The translations under genes and the position numbers were made by a program. A stretch of 63,311 nucleotides of DNA, counting the filler, from Basidiobolus ranarum (lineage: Eukaryota): the NCBI GenBank assembly GCA_040143965.1. It is 24 parts of 24 records of this genome, joined end to end, with 100 filler letters (N's around TTAATTAATTAA, not from the genome) between each part and the next. Parts side by side here need not be neighbours in the genome. Positions count along the whole stretch, not along the records: positions 23,847 to 26,389 come from JASJQH010003220.1; positions 26,490 to 29,031 come from JASJQH010003221.1; positions 29,132 to 31,672 come from JASJQH010003222.1; positions 31,773 to 34,312 come from JASJQH010003223.1; positions 34,413 to 36,951 come from JASJQH010003224.1; 19 more parts are not named here. One strand, written 5' to 3'. The notes below the pieces were generated by a model. The model was not told the DNA's origin, did not search any database, and saw only the letters and a program-made list of their open reading frames with translations. Of the stretch, positions 23,859 to 37,051 are shown in pieces. Numbering within the stretch: position 1 is the first letter of the stretch; each line of letters opens with the position of its first letter.

Positions 23859-24704
23859 GTGGTGGTTGCAGTAATCTTTAGGTTTGAGCGGGATGAACTA
23901 GAGATTCGAATTAATGAGCTATGGGAACAGGTGGATATATTCATTATTGCCGAGTCCGATCGTACATTCACCGGAAAGCCTAAAGAACTGACTTTTCAGA
24001 AGAATCGTGACCGATTCAAATTTGCTGAAAGCAAGATCAGGTATGTTTTCCATCCTGGTCGTGATCTGAAGCCACACGAATCACCATTTCAACAAGAAGG
24101 AGAACTGCGTCAATCCATCACAAGATACCTGGAGGAAGAAAAACTAACGACAGGAGATCTAATCATCATGAGCGATGTTGATGAAATACCCAGAGCGGAC
24201 ACAATTCGATTGTTGCGAACTTGCCGTGGATGGGGAGACATTATCCATCTACAAATGCGTGAATATATATATTCCTTTGAATATTTTTCCAGCATGGACT
24301 TTTGGGCAGCAAGTGTCCACTTGTATAAGCCTGGCTCCACTGAGTATTCCCATGGACGCCGATCAGACAAGATCCTCTCTGATGCAGGATGGCATTGTTC
24401 CTTTTGTTTTCCTGACATTAAGGATTTTCAATTCAAGATGTTGGCGTACTCGCATGCTGATCGCGTTAATAACAACCATATGATGGATGAAGAGATAATT
24501 CGTCAGAAAGTGTGCTCTGGAGAAAATATATTTGGCCTGCTTCCGGAAGTCTATACTTTCAAGGACCTGTTTCTCCGATGGGGACCAATGGCTAGGGTAT
24601 CTTCTTTTGTTGAAGGGCCTGGGTACCTGCTGCTGAATGCCAATCGCTTCAAGTACGTTTTACCTGGGGGGGTGTGCTTGGCTGGAATGATTGAGATAAC
24701 TTGA
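23859..24704 (+). CDS. Glycosyltransferase family 17 (beta-1,4-mannosyl-glycoprotein 4-beta-GlcNAc transferase, MGAT3-like), 5'-partial
   Basis: LEIRINEL...FIIAESDRTFTGKPK...IMSDVDEIP...DAGWHCSFCF...FKMLAYSHADR. Confidence 0.93.
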   Translation: MVVAVIFRFERDELEIRINELWEQVDIFIIAESDRTFTGKPKELTFQKNRDRFKFAESKIRYVFHPGRDLKPHESPFQQEGELRQSITRYLEEEKLTTGDLIIMSDVDEIPRADTIRLLRTCRGWGDIIHLQMREYIYSFEYFSSMDFWAASVHLYKPGSTEYSHGRRSDKILSDAGWHCSFCFPDIKDFQFKMLAYSHADRVNNNHMMDEEIIRQKVCSGENIFGLLPEVYTFKDLFLRWGPMARVSSFVEGPGYLLLNANRFKYVLPGGVCLAGMIEIT

Positions 24705-25871
24705 TATAATGCTCATCTGTCAAATCAGATGTTAATACGTGTATGCATATTGTATTTCGCTGAGTGCACATGTTGTTGATTTGGAATTTGTAGATTCACA
24801 TTCATCAGAGTATTTTAAATTTCAGCAATGTATAAAAGCGTAGGTATATGATTTGCAGAATGCGATCATTTATTCAAAAACGTGGAATAAACGGGATTTG
24901 TCTGGTTCAGGTAGAATGTTGGAAATTCTATGCAATAGTGAGAACCTGCTAGCCAAAGAGTAACTAGAGATACATTCAATAGCACTCTGGTAGAGTTGAC
25001 CAAGGTACACTAAAAGTGGTTAATGATTATGAGATCAGTGTGATAAGTAATCGATTCAATCACTACTCAATACTATGAGCCACTGAGAAAGATAACCCGA
25101 TTAGGAATACTTGAGTTGGTTCTTATCAACGTAAGAGATGTATGCTTACCTATCACCAGAGTTGAAGTTTGCTTTATAGCAAGATATCCATGAAACCTAT
25201 CAGCAGCATGATTGAAGAGCAAAGTCTTCACTCAAGCATTAGTCTTAGCTGCGCTGAAGAATTTGATATTTTTTAGGACTGTAAAATTGCATCAATCTCT
25301 TCCTTCACGTTTACTTCATCAAAACTATTTGCATGTTCCAAAAGAAAGATCTTAACCTACCTTATTTGAGATTTTCGCAATGCGGCGTGGTGCCCATTCT
25401 CATGTGTGGATTTGGTGTGGGCTAAACCAAAGACTGGAGGGTCTTGTCATTTGTAATAGTAGGTAAGTTTTTTGTGTTTCTGTGCAAGTATGCGCAAAGG
25501 GATAACAATAAGCATAGGAACACTCCTGTCTAAGATTACTAACAAGATCTTTAAAGGTCAATTGGGGATGGGGGTGAGTGAGTGCTTGCCCCTAATAATA
25601 TTTTACAAATTAATCGGAAAGTATTGGTACATGGTAATTTTGCATTGAAACCATTCAAATTCCTGTTTTACTTCCATCAGTACAGACATGGCACGAGTAT
25701 GTAGAATAAAGCTAGGTATGCTCTTTAGTTAGCTTAGACAGTGGGAATAGATTTTCTCAATACCTGTGGATTGCTGTATTGAACTTTCCTGGATAACTGT
25801 TAACCAAGATATAACTTTGATGCTTATGAGCAAAGAAGACACAAGGATCATATGGGATGAATACCAAGTGC

Positions 25872-26281
25872 CATAACAGAAATTTGAGTATTGTTATTGT
25901 AGGAAACCATCACAATTTTAATCCATTATGGATTGACCATTTACTTACTATCATAAAATTGTCAAGTTAGATTTGATTTCAATCAGTTTTTTCAGTTTCA
26001 GGAGTGTAATTTCAAGATCTTGCAAAATAGTTGTACATGATTGGCTACAATCTCAGAGAACTATAGTTCAACACATGTGCAAAAAATGTAACTCAAATTT
26101 TACACATTTACCACTTGAAAGATAATTTGTCATCTTTGAAATTCCTGGTTTCTTTGATATATTCTCCTGAATATTGTTATAGTGTTCTTCATACCCAGGA
26201 TTTAGCTCATGTCCAACACAAGATTGTATTGAAATCTCCATCAAAGCTCACCTTTGTATTAACATTGCTGAATCAGCATTC
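25872..26281 (-). mobile_element. CACTA family end fragment
   Basis: Matches 10795-11200 and 16703-17110. Confidence 0.75.
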
Positions 26282-26389
26282 TGTTAAAGTATTTGGGAGC
26301 CTGTTGGAAGTGGTTTGGAGAATTAGAGGAATTGGTGGTTTTCACTTATTGATTTATTGAGTAGAAAGTTGACATTTATAGTTTTGTCA
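26282..26389 (-). mobile_element. Copia LTR family A, 3' end
   Basis: Near-identical to 62991-63098. Confidence 0.8.
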
Positions 26390-26489
26390 NNNNNNNNNNN
26401 NNNNNNNNNNNNNNNNNNNNNNNNNNNNNNNNNTTAATTAATTAANNNNNNNNNNNNNNNNNNNNNNNNNNNNNNNNNNNNNNNNNNNN

Positions 26490-29031
26490 CATCCATTACC
26501 GGAAATATCTTGTAAATCCCCTGATGACTCATCTGTGACACCATCTCAGAATCAGCTGATGATATTGATGGGCTATACCTTAAATACCACCCTTACGTGG
26601 GAGGTGTTCTTTGTTCCACAATATCCTTCTAATACCACAACACATACATTTGAAGAAGCCCTGCTATTATTGGCTTAAATTCTTGATCTGTGAAAGCCAG
26701 AGGCTTCATAGAGAAAATAATCACAAGCATAGTCACTGTACAAAGCACCAGCTGCACAAAGCCTGGTGTATAATAACAGTAAGGAAGCCCTGCTATTATT
26801 GGCTCAAATTCTGGTGCTGTGAAAGCCAGAGGCTTCATAGAAAAAATAATCACAAACATGGTCACTGTACAAAGTCACCTGCTACAGAAAGCCTGGTGAC
26901 TATCAAGGTTAATAAGTGCACAAAATCAATTTTAGTTTTGTCCACTGAGTCCACTGACTGTACTCTGCCTCAAAGTTTTGGTCACACTGCCAAAAGTCAT
27001 GATATGGTGGATATACCACGTTTATATGACCTGAATGATGTAGATAGAATAGCAACTTTGGTCAAACCAGTAAGTCCAGACAACTTTGCTGACATGCTGG
27101 TAGATGTTGACCTTAGTTATTCCAACACTGATGGTAGTATATCAGAAGTTGACAAAGAATAAAACGGTTTAATACAGACTCTTTGTTATTTGCAAGCATT
27201 AGTCCACTAATGACACTTACTTTAAAGGAAGTAGCTTTGATTATTAAGGAGTGAAGAGTTCAATCCAATCTTAGCAACCAAGTTTTTATTGATTTTCTTA
27301 CACTTTTACCACAATTGATTGGCAACTGTTGCTTGCCACAGACCTGGTACAATTGGGAAACACTGGATAATTGTAGAACTTAATCCTTCAGTGATTAAAC
27401 TACCTTCATGACCAAATGGTTGTTAGGCTTTCACCAGTGATCTGAAAAATGTGAAGTCATGTACTGCTTGCACACAATTTGCAATAACTGAATTAGGTAA
27501 ATATTGTTCATATTTTGCTTACATACTGTTGATTCCCCATCTTAGAGTTTTGATGAAATCACCCAAATATAGATCATTGATCCAATACCAAAGTACTCAC
27601 TGTGAAGCTGATGGTACTACCAATATACTTAGTAGATATCACTGACAAAATCTGAAAAGTCAAGGTTTCTTTGAGAACACATATGATTATGCATTTGCAT
27701 TGGCTCTGAATTGTTTCTTGATAACTTGCTGGTCAATAATTTTAATTAATTTCAATCTTTCTCCCTTTGAATGGTCTAAGAGTTATAATACTTTGATACT
27801 ATGCATCATATCTGTTCCTAAAACACCAGTACTTATAGATAGCTTCTTGGAGCCTTTGATTGTGGAATTTGAATGGTTATTTGATGGGGTTCAGATGAGT
27901 GAATACCTCATCAAAGCTATTATCATTTTATGTATTGGTGACACTCCTGCCATCAGTAAACTTGGAGGTTTTTACAGCCACAATGCACTTTCTTGCTGTA
28001 GATTTTGTCAAATCAGTGGAGTATACTCAATCAGGCTGGATTTTGTAATTGGATATGAAAAACATTATTACAGGTTTAAAGAAGAGGGACCAAATCTATG
28101 TACATATTCAACATATTCTCTGCTGAATATTTCACAATGCTTAAAGATTATAGTCACTTGCTATACATTCTGGGAGTTCCTACTGGAGCACACCTGTGGT
28201 GAAATGATGCTCCATGGGGAATCATCAGTATTGCCATATGCTAATCTAATTAATAATGTATCAGCAAAATCAGTGATGGATGTATTGTGATGTGAACAGG
28301 AGACACCAGAGTATATTAACCTTCCAACAAAGGGCTCTTTTCAATGTGCTCACAGATTTTTGCATTTTTTGAGCACAATAATAGTAACAAAGCCCAATGC
28401 ATAGACACAGAGTGGGTGCCTCTATAATTAGGAATAATTTGTTTTTGTAATCATCTGACAAAATTTATAGGAAAGCTGCAAGACAGACTTCTCAATGAGA
28501 TAGATCAAGATATGCAGTATTACTGTTTTAGCCACAGGGTAATCTATTCATGCAATGACAAATCTCATTGTGGCAGGACATTTGTTGACTGCAAGTTAGG
28601 AATATATGGGCTGAACTCTTTATGGAAATATCCTAAAATCTAAGATGTATTCTCATTGTGAATGGTAACAAGAGTTAGCTATTTGGATAAGTATCTCTAT
28701 AATTTGGACTTATTTGTTTGTGTGACTATCTGATGAATTTTCTAGGAAAGCTGCAAGACAGACTTTTTGGTGAGATAGATCCAGATGCACAGGGTTTTTG
28801 CATTGTTTGTGCACAATAACAGCAACAAAGCCAAGTCAATGGACACAGAGTGAGTGTCTCTCTAATTTGGACTAATTTGTTTGTGTAATAATCTGAAGTA
28901 TATCTAGGAAAGCTGCAAGACAGACTTCTTAGTGAGATAGATCAAGATACACAGTATTATTGTGTTTGCCATGGGGTAATCTATCCTAGCAATGACACAT
29001 CAAATTGTGGCAGGACATTTGTTGAATGCAA
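26490..29031 (+). mobile_element. CACTA transposase pseudogene with a ~129-bp internal tandem duplication (26655-26910) and a deletion near 28037
   Basis: CWSIILINFNLSP...GDTPAISKLGGFYSHNALSCCRFC. Confidence 0.88.
28340..29031 (+). repeat. Degenerate tandem (probably subterminal) repeats downstream of the CACTA transposase
   Basis: GGAAAGCTGCAAGACAGACTT at ~28470, ~28746 and ~28907; also at ~7778. Confidence 0.75.
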
Positions 29032-29131
29032 NNNNNNNNNNNNNNNNNNNNNNNNNNNNNNNNNNNNNNNNNNNNTTAATTAATTAANNNNNNNNNNNNN
29101 NNNNNNNNNNNNNNNNNNNNNNNNNNNNNNN

Positions 29132-29449
29132 CTTTGATCGGTCGTAAAACTGATCCTCCTTGGGCCTCGCGGGGAGGGAGAGTTGCTGATAAGGATGGTC
29201 TTGGTCGTGCATAACGAAAGCGGCTATTCAACAGAGTTAGAAGTAAATACGATATGAAGAGGGAAATTAGCGTGCATACCATATAAGATAGCCAAGAATG
29301 GATAATATCACCATAAAGGACCACCAAGCAACGGTTAACCACATCAGAAATAGCTGAGGATTCGAATATGAGGAAAGGTGGGTGTAGTCGGAGTTACCAA
29401 CCGTGGCTACCACTTTAAGGTAGTTGGCTTTAAGTTCGTCGAAAAGCAT
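29132..29449 (-). CDS. Ceramide glucosyltransferase (GT21) 5' end; exons 29280-29449 and 29132-29223, truncated by contig end
   Basis: N-terminal TM helix, 56-nt intron GTATGC..CTAAC..TAG, then CRFRYARPRPS...GGSVLRPIKG (compare VSILRPLKG of glucosylceramide synthases). Confidence 0.75.
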
Positions 29450-31561
29450 GGAGGTGCACTGCTCAGGTTGTAGGATATATATAATTTATAATGTACGAAA
29501 AGGAATCAGATGAAAATGGAGAAATGAATGATGTCTGTGACGGACAAAGCAGTTGATTTTATGGGTGTGGAAAGGTCAACATGTGAGCTGAATTTGAAGG
29601 TTATTTTTCGGATTTCTAAGCCAACAATCAAAGGAATGATCAGTCACAAGTTTATCCGTAGTTATATTGGATGGTATATATTAGTGAGTACGGAACGGGA
29701 AGTGCTGAAATATAAAAAATGGAAGAATCGGCTAATATATTCCGCAATGAGGATCATCGCCCACGAGTTAAGTTTTTAAGGATGAAATCACCATTCAATA
29801 AGACCTTGGTCATGTACGCTATCAAAGGTCTGGCGTAAATTCGTTCATTTAAGGAAACGCAGAGCTTGGTAAGGGCCGTTACATGTAAGTCAAGTTTGAT
29901 TCCATAGTAAGCAAGCACACTGGCTTCATTCAGAGGGATATTAAAGTATATCTTTCCCATCAACTCTTAAATAACCTCACTTTGGATGATGAAGACCAAC
30001 ATCTCTCGTTTGTTGACTGAGATGTAGGGATTAGTAGTCTTTTCATAATCAACACTCATTGTGTATATAGTTTCTCCGTTCGGCAAAACTCAGGACTACA
30101 TAACTCCCGATTTTACGAACAAGATTCATTCACTACATCTGGTTTTTTGCCATTTTCAATTACCGCTATTGCCTAGTTTGCCGGGTGGTACAGATCCTCG
30201 CTCTGGTATGGCTCCTAATTAAGCTGCGGATATGTACTTGTTTCATCGGTACGATACGGGTGTTCATGATTGAATCCCTTTTATGCAGCTTACCGCTTAG
30301 TAATGATGATGTACTTGGTTGATAAATGGCAATTCCATCATGAATAGCACAGGCACACTCTGGTTTAGAACAGGCTGCTGATTGAGAGCCCATATTTCCG
30401 TAGCCGAGGCACTTTTTGATGTTTACTAGCTAAATAAACATTCTATTACCCCTTCAAATATTTTAATTTAAACGCCTAATTACTAGTAACACGCCTTCCG
30501 ATCCTACATTACTAAGCTAAGTATCTTGCAAGCTTCAACCACTGAGGTTTATTAGTTGAACACCATTCAAAAATACTTTCACATTCCATCACATCTCTAC
30601 GATAATTCAGCTTCTCCTATAGAGTTTGCCTCTGATTTTACGAGCTAAAATAAGATATACCAAGGAATATTCTACTAGGCCATACTCCGTATCATTGAAG
30701 AATGGCTACATCCATTGTTTGCCAGCTATCAAGATTTATCAATACACGATTGGAAACTCGATACTAGTTAGCGAATGTTGATTGAAACCACTACGTCATC
30801 GTACTCAAGCCTTCCCGATCTATTGGTATTGTTTCTAAGAAATAGATATATTCTTTGCTTTTGCTGCAATTAGGATTATTCTAGGCCTCGTGATATTCCA
30901 TAGGCTAGATTTGCTATGTATTAGTGGCATGTTTGTTTTCCTAACAACCATTTGTAGAGAACAAAAAGGAATGAGCACCTGTTGTGGACCCAATACTATC
31001 AAAATCCAACTTTTACAATCCGTAGTAGAGTAATCGAGAATCCAAGATGGATCCTTTTTTTTAAAAACAAAGCAATAAAGTTTAACTACAATAATGGATA
31101 TACTCCTAAATAGGAATGTTTGGAGAGATATAAACTATTTACCAGCTTAATCTCTTATTGTTTCCAAAGAAAATACTTTTCCTGTTGAAAAATTGCCTTG
31201 ACTTTATGTTTTGCAGAAATACTGCTATATCAGCATGGCATAAGTTAACCACAGATCTATGATTAATGTTGTAACTATGTAGCTCTTTATTCATGTTGCC
31301 AGCACTTCCACGGCAGATATCCAATGCTTTTCTGGCAATATACTTTTAACTGACAATGGGACACTCTTACTGATATTAATGATGAAAATAAAAGATACAG
31401 CAAACACGGGGAGCAATGGAGGAAAACAGTAGCCAACAATCCACTGTTTAAGAGGCACTCCCTCAACCAAAATTTGTAGTCATTCATAACGGAGTATCTG
31501 AAGCTCAACAATTATGTTACTTCTTTAGATTGCTACTCAAACTGTGCCACATTAGAAGATC

Positions 31562-31672
31562 TGTTGTGTCCAAGAGAAAAGTGGATAAAAAGTCTTGAAC
31601 TTTACTGAACCAAAGAAACAGTTAAGTGCAGAATCTTAGAACTGTTTAAGCAGGATATATCAGCAGAGCAGA
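31562..31672 (+). mobile_element. LTR-like repeat family D, 5' end
   Basis: Matches 15611-15721. Confidence 0.65.
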
Positions 31673-32447
31673 NNNNNNNNNNNNNNNNNNNNNNNNNNNN
31701 NNNNNNNNNNNNNNNNTTAATTAATTAANNNNNNNNNNNNNNNNNNNNNNNNNNNNNNNNNNNNNNNNNNNNGAATTCTCTTATGTACACCCACCGCACT
31801 TGTATTATTGAAGCGTAGTGAATATATGAAAGTTATTTTATTGCAGACATACCACTTTTTAGTACCAAATATATCCAAATGTTATTAAAATGAAGTAGGA
31901 ATGACTCAAGAATCTTAGTCAAAATAGAGTAACCATGAAGAATGATGTAGAACCAATATACACATGATACTATTGCTACTCAATTCAATCAAATGCACAT
32001 GTATGGTCTTAACGAATTATAGTCAGTCACTGAAAATTTTGCCTTTTCGAGTGTGGCTACCAAATACATAAGATATAAATATCATCTGACGATAGCATGG
32101 TGAGGTGTTTAGCATTCATATGCTAACTAGTAATCAAATAACTTATGTTCAAGTCGAGTCATGTTTCATACCAAATGTTGACTGCTTTATAGTAGTTAGT
32201 GCAGCTTGATTGGACTAATAGTTGCCATGAATGTGAATCAACTGTTCCATGTATGCTATTCAAATGGTAGGTAATATATAAAAACACCTGGCCATTGAAT
32301 CCGTGCACGATGGCTGACTTCATATTAGCAAGTTGATTTACTCTACTACTTTACTCCATTTAGAATAGGATCATTTGTATATGCTTACTTCCATTTGAAC
32401 ATATATATAAGAACTGGATTAATCATACAAGTGGAAAACTAATCAAA

Positions 32448-33373
32448 ATGTTGGAAGGGCAAACCGGTAAACTTAACATTCGCACATCTCCATTTGTGCT
32501 GAATCTTTACAAGTAAATCTCTTTAATTTCCTATTTCTACGCTTCTCAGCCTTCGCATATTTTCTAAGGTATTTACTTACTAACTTGTTTCATTTTCTAG
32601 AATACTTTCAGAGAAATCTTACTCTGATATGATAGCTTGGGAGCGGTCAGGCACCAGATTTATCATTAAAGACCCGATCAACTTCGCCTCTAAAGTGCTT
32701 CCTCAATACTATATGACCAACAAATTTTCTTCATTCTCCCGGCAATTAAACGTAAGCCTTAATGGTTGGTGTTGATGTTAATGTGATAACTTGTTAATTT
32801 TTCGGATAGATCTATGGCTTCTATCGAGTTTCTGACCGACGAAGGAACAGCCAATGCAGTGATACACCAACGATAATCTATGTTCATCCACATTTTAAGC
32901 GGGACGGACTAGATTCTCTTTACCTTATCAAACGTATGGCAAGTTCATATCCTCATGCAACTTTCAAGCTTTCAAAACCTCAGGTAGATGCCTCAGTGCC
33001 TCAATCTGTTCCCTCGATGATTTCACCACTATTCACTTCATCCTTAAACTCTCCGGTGGCATGCCAACACGAAGGTACAGTAAAATGTGCTACAGTGCCA
33101 GCCCACGCCTGTTTAAATTGCAAGGTTCTTACCCAGGAAATAGTAAATCTGAATAGGACGATTGAGTATTACAAGTCCATTGTACACGAGCCATTAATTC
33201 TAGGTGGAATGAATGATGGCAATTACCAAGATTTCTGGTCACCTGATATGTCACTATCTCTATATTCGACCAATATCTTACCTTTCTCATTAGAAAAGGT
33301 TTCTGAAAACGCTTATTCCAATTTCAAACTTGATTGTCATTCACAAGTTATTAATAATGTGGAAATGCAATAA
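32448..33373 (+). CDS. HSF-type DNA-binding domain protein, join(32448..32512,32601..32751,32810..33373), ~259 aa
   Basis: SPFVLNLYK/ILSEKSYSDMIAWERSGTRFIIKDPINFASKVLPQYYMTNKFSSFSRQLN/IYGFYRVSDRR...HPHFKRD. Confidence 0.92.
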
Positions 33374-33910
33374 ATCTAATATATATTTGGTAGGCCTGGT
33401 AAAAAGATGTGAGGTGGCTCTAATGGCACTATTAGTAAGGCATCTCCTTCAAGCTCTCTTGTCATAAAGATTTCAGTAGGATAAATCTTGGTTTAGGTAT
33501 TTCCCGTGTGAAATTCCTTTTATGTCTGACTCTACCGAGAAGGAAATGAGAATTGAATGAGTGAAGACTATATGCTTACTAAAATGGTAGATAAGTAAAT
33601 CATCCTATACCAATATGTGTGGACAGTCAATAGATAATGTTTCGAATGGTAAGGATCTGTACTAGAAAAGTCAAGCAAAGGAATTAAATGTTACGTGTGC
33701 GTGTTTGTGTTCGTATTTGCTCTTGCGGCAAGTTTAGATGAAACATGGATAGTATTAAATAGGAAAAACATCTGTTTTAAAATCTAGTCAGAGTTATCTC
33801 AAACTTTACCCGAACTAATTTTAGTAAGGATTAAAAAAACAATTTCATATTGCCTTCTTTTCATGAATCCTGTCAATTTGTTAATTATGAGGTTAGCAAT
33901 GGTGGAATAG

Positions 33911-34207
33911 ATATTGGAGTTTTATCGAGCTTGCAACTGTTGAGGAAGTATGCATCCATGGCTGATAGTGTATGGGCATCAGCAGTTTAGGCATGATCTA
34001 CCTGATTTTCTTCATCTTGTCCCTCATATCTCGGGACTGCTTACCCAAACACGAGCGAAATATTCAACTCCAGACATGGAGACAGAATCCAAGCAGGAGT
34101 TACCTACCTCGATCATTTACCTCAATGGCAACATATGCCTATTTTGTGAATACACTGAATCTAACACCAATTTTGAGTGGCATGCCGGAAAGAAAATACA
34201 TTTCTAA
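33911..34207 (+). pseudogene. Relic HSF paralog (exon 3 equivalent)
   Basis: After a TAG acceptor: ILEFYRACNC*GSMHPWLIVYGHQQFRHDLPDFLHLV, aligning with IYGFYRVSD...IIYVHPHFKRDGLDSLYLI; in-frame stop. Confidence 0.65.
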
Positions 34208-34412
34208 TATACATCCCTACTTCCATCTGATGCCAGTTGTTGCAGTTGTATTTCTTGTTTGTGACCCTTACCTGTAATATAATAAGTATATGTATTTCTA
34301 TTTTTGGATATGNNNNNNNNNNNNNNNNNNNNNNNNNNNNNNNNNNNNNNNNNNNNTTAATTAATTAANNNNNNNNNNNNNNNNNNNNNNNNNNNNNNNN
34401 NNNNNNNNNNNN

Positions 34413-36951
34413 CCTAATTTAGGACATTGATCTAATACCAAAGTACTCACCATCAAGTTGATTGTATTAACAATATACTTGATGAATATCACTACCAGAA
34501 TCTGAAGAGTCAAGGTTTCTTTGAGAACATGTATGATCATGCGTTTGCATTGACTCTGGATGGTTTCTCACTAAACAAATATACCATTGGAAAGGCTTGC
34601 TGGCCAATAATTTTAATCAACTTAAATCTTCCTCCTTCTGAGTGGTATAAGAGTCGTAATATTTTGATACTATCAATCATATCAGGACCAAAATCACCAG
34701 TTTTATAGATAGCTTCTTGGAGCCTTTGATTGTGGAATTTGAATGGTTATCTAATGGGATTCAGATGGATGAATATCTTATCAAAGCTAATCTCATTGTA
34801 TTTTTTGGTGACACTCCTGCCATCAGTAAACCTGGAGGTTTTTGCAGGCACAATGCACTATCTTGCTGTAGATTTTATCAAATCAATGAAGTTTACTCTA
34901 TCAGGAATACACATTACTACTATCCAAATACAACACTGAACTCCATGATTTTACCTTCAAGAGCCCAGTCAAATATTAACACAATTACAGATATCAATAC
35001 ACCAATTAGTCATTGTAACATCAAACTAGGTATTTGCCTTAAACCTAAGATTAAATTGCTAAAGGAGATCAGCTGGAGCCAGAGCTTCCCATTAGGCACT
35101 ATGGGCTTCCTATTTGGCAACATTCCAATAATGCTTACTCAGCTATATAGTCAAAAATTCAATATGAGTAAGCCATTTGAGATAGGATCAATGTTTGAAT
35201 CAATTTGGAAAATGCTTGAAAACATCAAGATACCATCATATTTTACCACAACTCCTGTCAATATCCACTCATATAGGTGTTTATTCAAATGCAAAGACTG
35301 GAAGTATTGGATTTGTATACCCTAACAAAACTGGAATTGATTTGATCCGGATGGGATCCATCCTCTAAAAGAGAAAAACCACCAGAGAATGGTCACAATA
35401 TTGGTAGCTAGCATTCTGCCAGGGACTTTGATGGTGTGATGGTGGTGTATTGATGGTATTTTGCCAGTGCTCATAAATGTTAAAATATTGATCAAATTAG
35501 TCCAATTATATAGGTACTTACTCTGTGTCCATGGATTTGGCTTTATTGTGTTTATTGTGCTCAAACAATGCCAAAACCCGTGAGCAAAATGAAAATAGCC
35601 CTTTGTTGGCAGGTCAATATACTCTGGAGTCTCCTTAACACATCACATTACATCCATCACTGATTTAGCTGATACATTGTTAATCAGATTAGCATATGGT
35701 AGTACTAACAATTTCACATGGAGCATCATTCCACCCCAGGTGCACTCCATTGGGAACTCACAGAATGTATAGCAAGGGCCTATAATTTCTAAGCATTGTA
35801 AAAGATGCAGAGGGAATGTATTGAATACCGGCATAGATTCAGTCTATCTTCTTTAAACCTGTAACAAAGTTTTTCGTATCCAATTACAGAATCTGTGCAC
35901 AGTCACTGTATCTGCCTGAGATCTCCCAATTTGAGTTGATGCCATAAGAATATATTAACAATATCAACAAACAACTTCCAATGTTACCAATACTTATCAG
36001 ACAGAAATCTTTTCAAAATTCCACTTGAATATATACAAATCCAATACTTCCAGTCTTTGCAATTGAATAAATGCCTAGATGAGTGGATATTGATGGGAGT
36101 CATGGTAAAATATGATGGTATCTTGACACTTTTTCAAGCATTTTCCCAATTGATTCAAACTTTAATCCTATCTTGAATGGATCATTCATATTGAATTTTC
36201 CACTACATAGCTGAGTAAGTAGTATTGGAATATTGTTGAATATTAGGTGCATAGTGCCTAATGGGAAGCTCTGGCTCCAGCAGATCCCCTTTAGCAATAT
36301 AATCTTAGGCTTATGGCTAGTAGCAAGCTTGATGTTGAACTGACTATTTGGTGAATTGATATCAGAGATCATGTTGAAATCTGACCAGGCTGCTGATAGT
36401 AAAATCCTGGAGCTTAGTTTTATACTTGGATAGTAGTAATATGTGTGCCTGATAGAGTAAACTTCATTAATTTGACAAAATCTACAGCAAGATAGTGCAT
36501 TGTGCCCATGAAAACCTCCAAGGGTGGTATTTTAGCTATAGCCCATCAATATCCTCAGCTGATTCTGAGACAGTGTCACAGATGAGTCATCAGGGGATTT
36601 ACAAGATATTTCCGGTAATGGATGGCAATTTTGGTTTATTATAATCTGTTTCTAAGCAATTTCATTAAACCGAGTTTACTATCTGAAAATTTCAATGCCA
36701 TTCATAAAAGGGTTCAAAATCTAAGTTAAAATTGGCTTTCAAGCCAGAGCCTGCTGGCATGAAAGGAAAAAAACCAGCAATAACAGAGGACTTAATTGAT
36801 GAGCAGTCTAGTGATCCACTATCCACTTTGAAAGGCATTAACATGCTGGAAACTAACTCAAGTAATGATGAAGAATTAATCAATTTACCAGATGTGTTCC
36901 TTTCCAGCAATAGTGCAAGTGAAGAGATTGTAAACCCCCAATTACATAGTA
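34413..36951. mobile_element. Two CACTA transposase fragments in inverted orientation (+ 34413-35325; - ~35490-36520) followed by promoter and ORF2 start
   Basis: GDTPAISKPGGFCRHNALSCCRF; WSQSFPLGTM is present on both strands. Confidence 0.85.
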
Positions 36952-37051
36952 NNNNNNNNNNNNNNNNNNNNNNNNNNNNNNNNNNNNNNNNNNNNTTAAT
37001 TAATTAANNNNNNNNNNNNNNNNNNNNNNNNNNNNNNNNNNNNNNNNNNNN

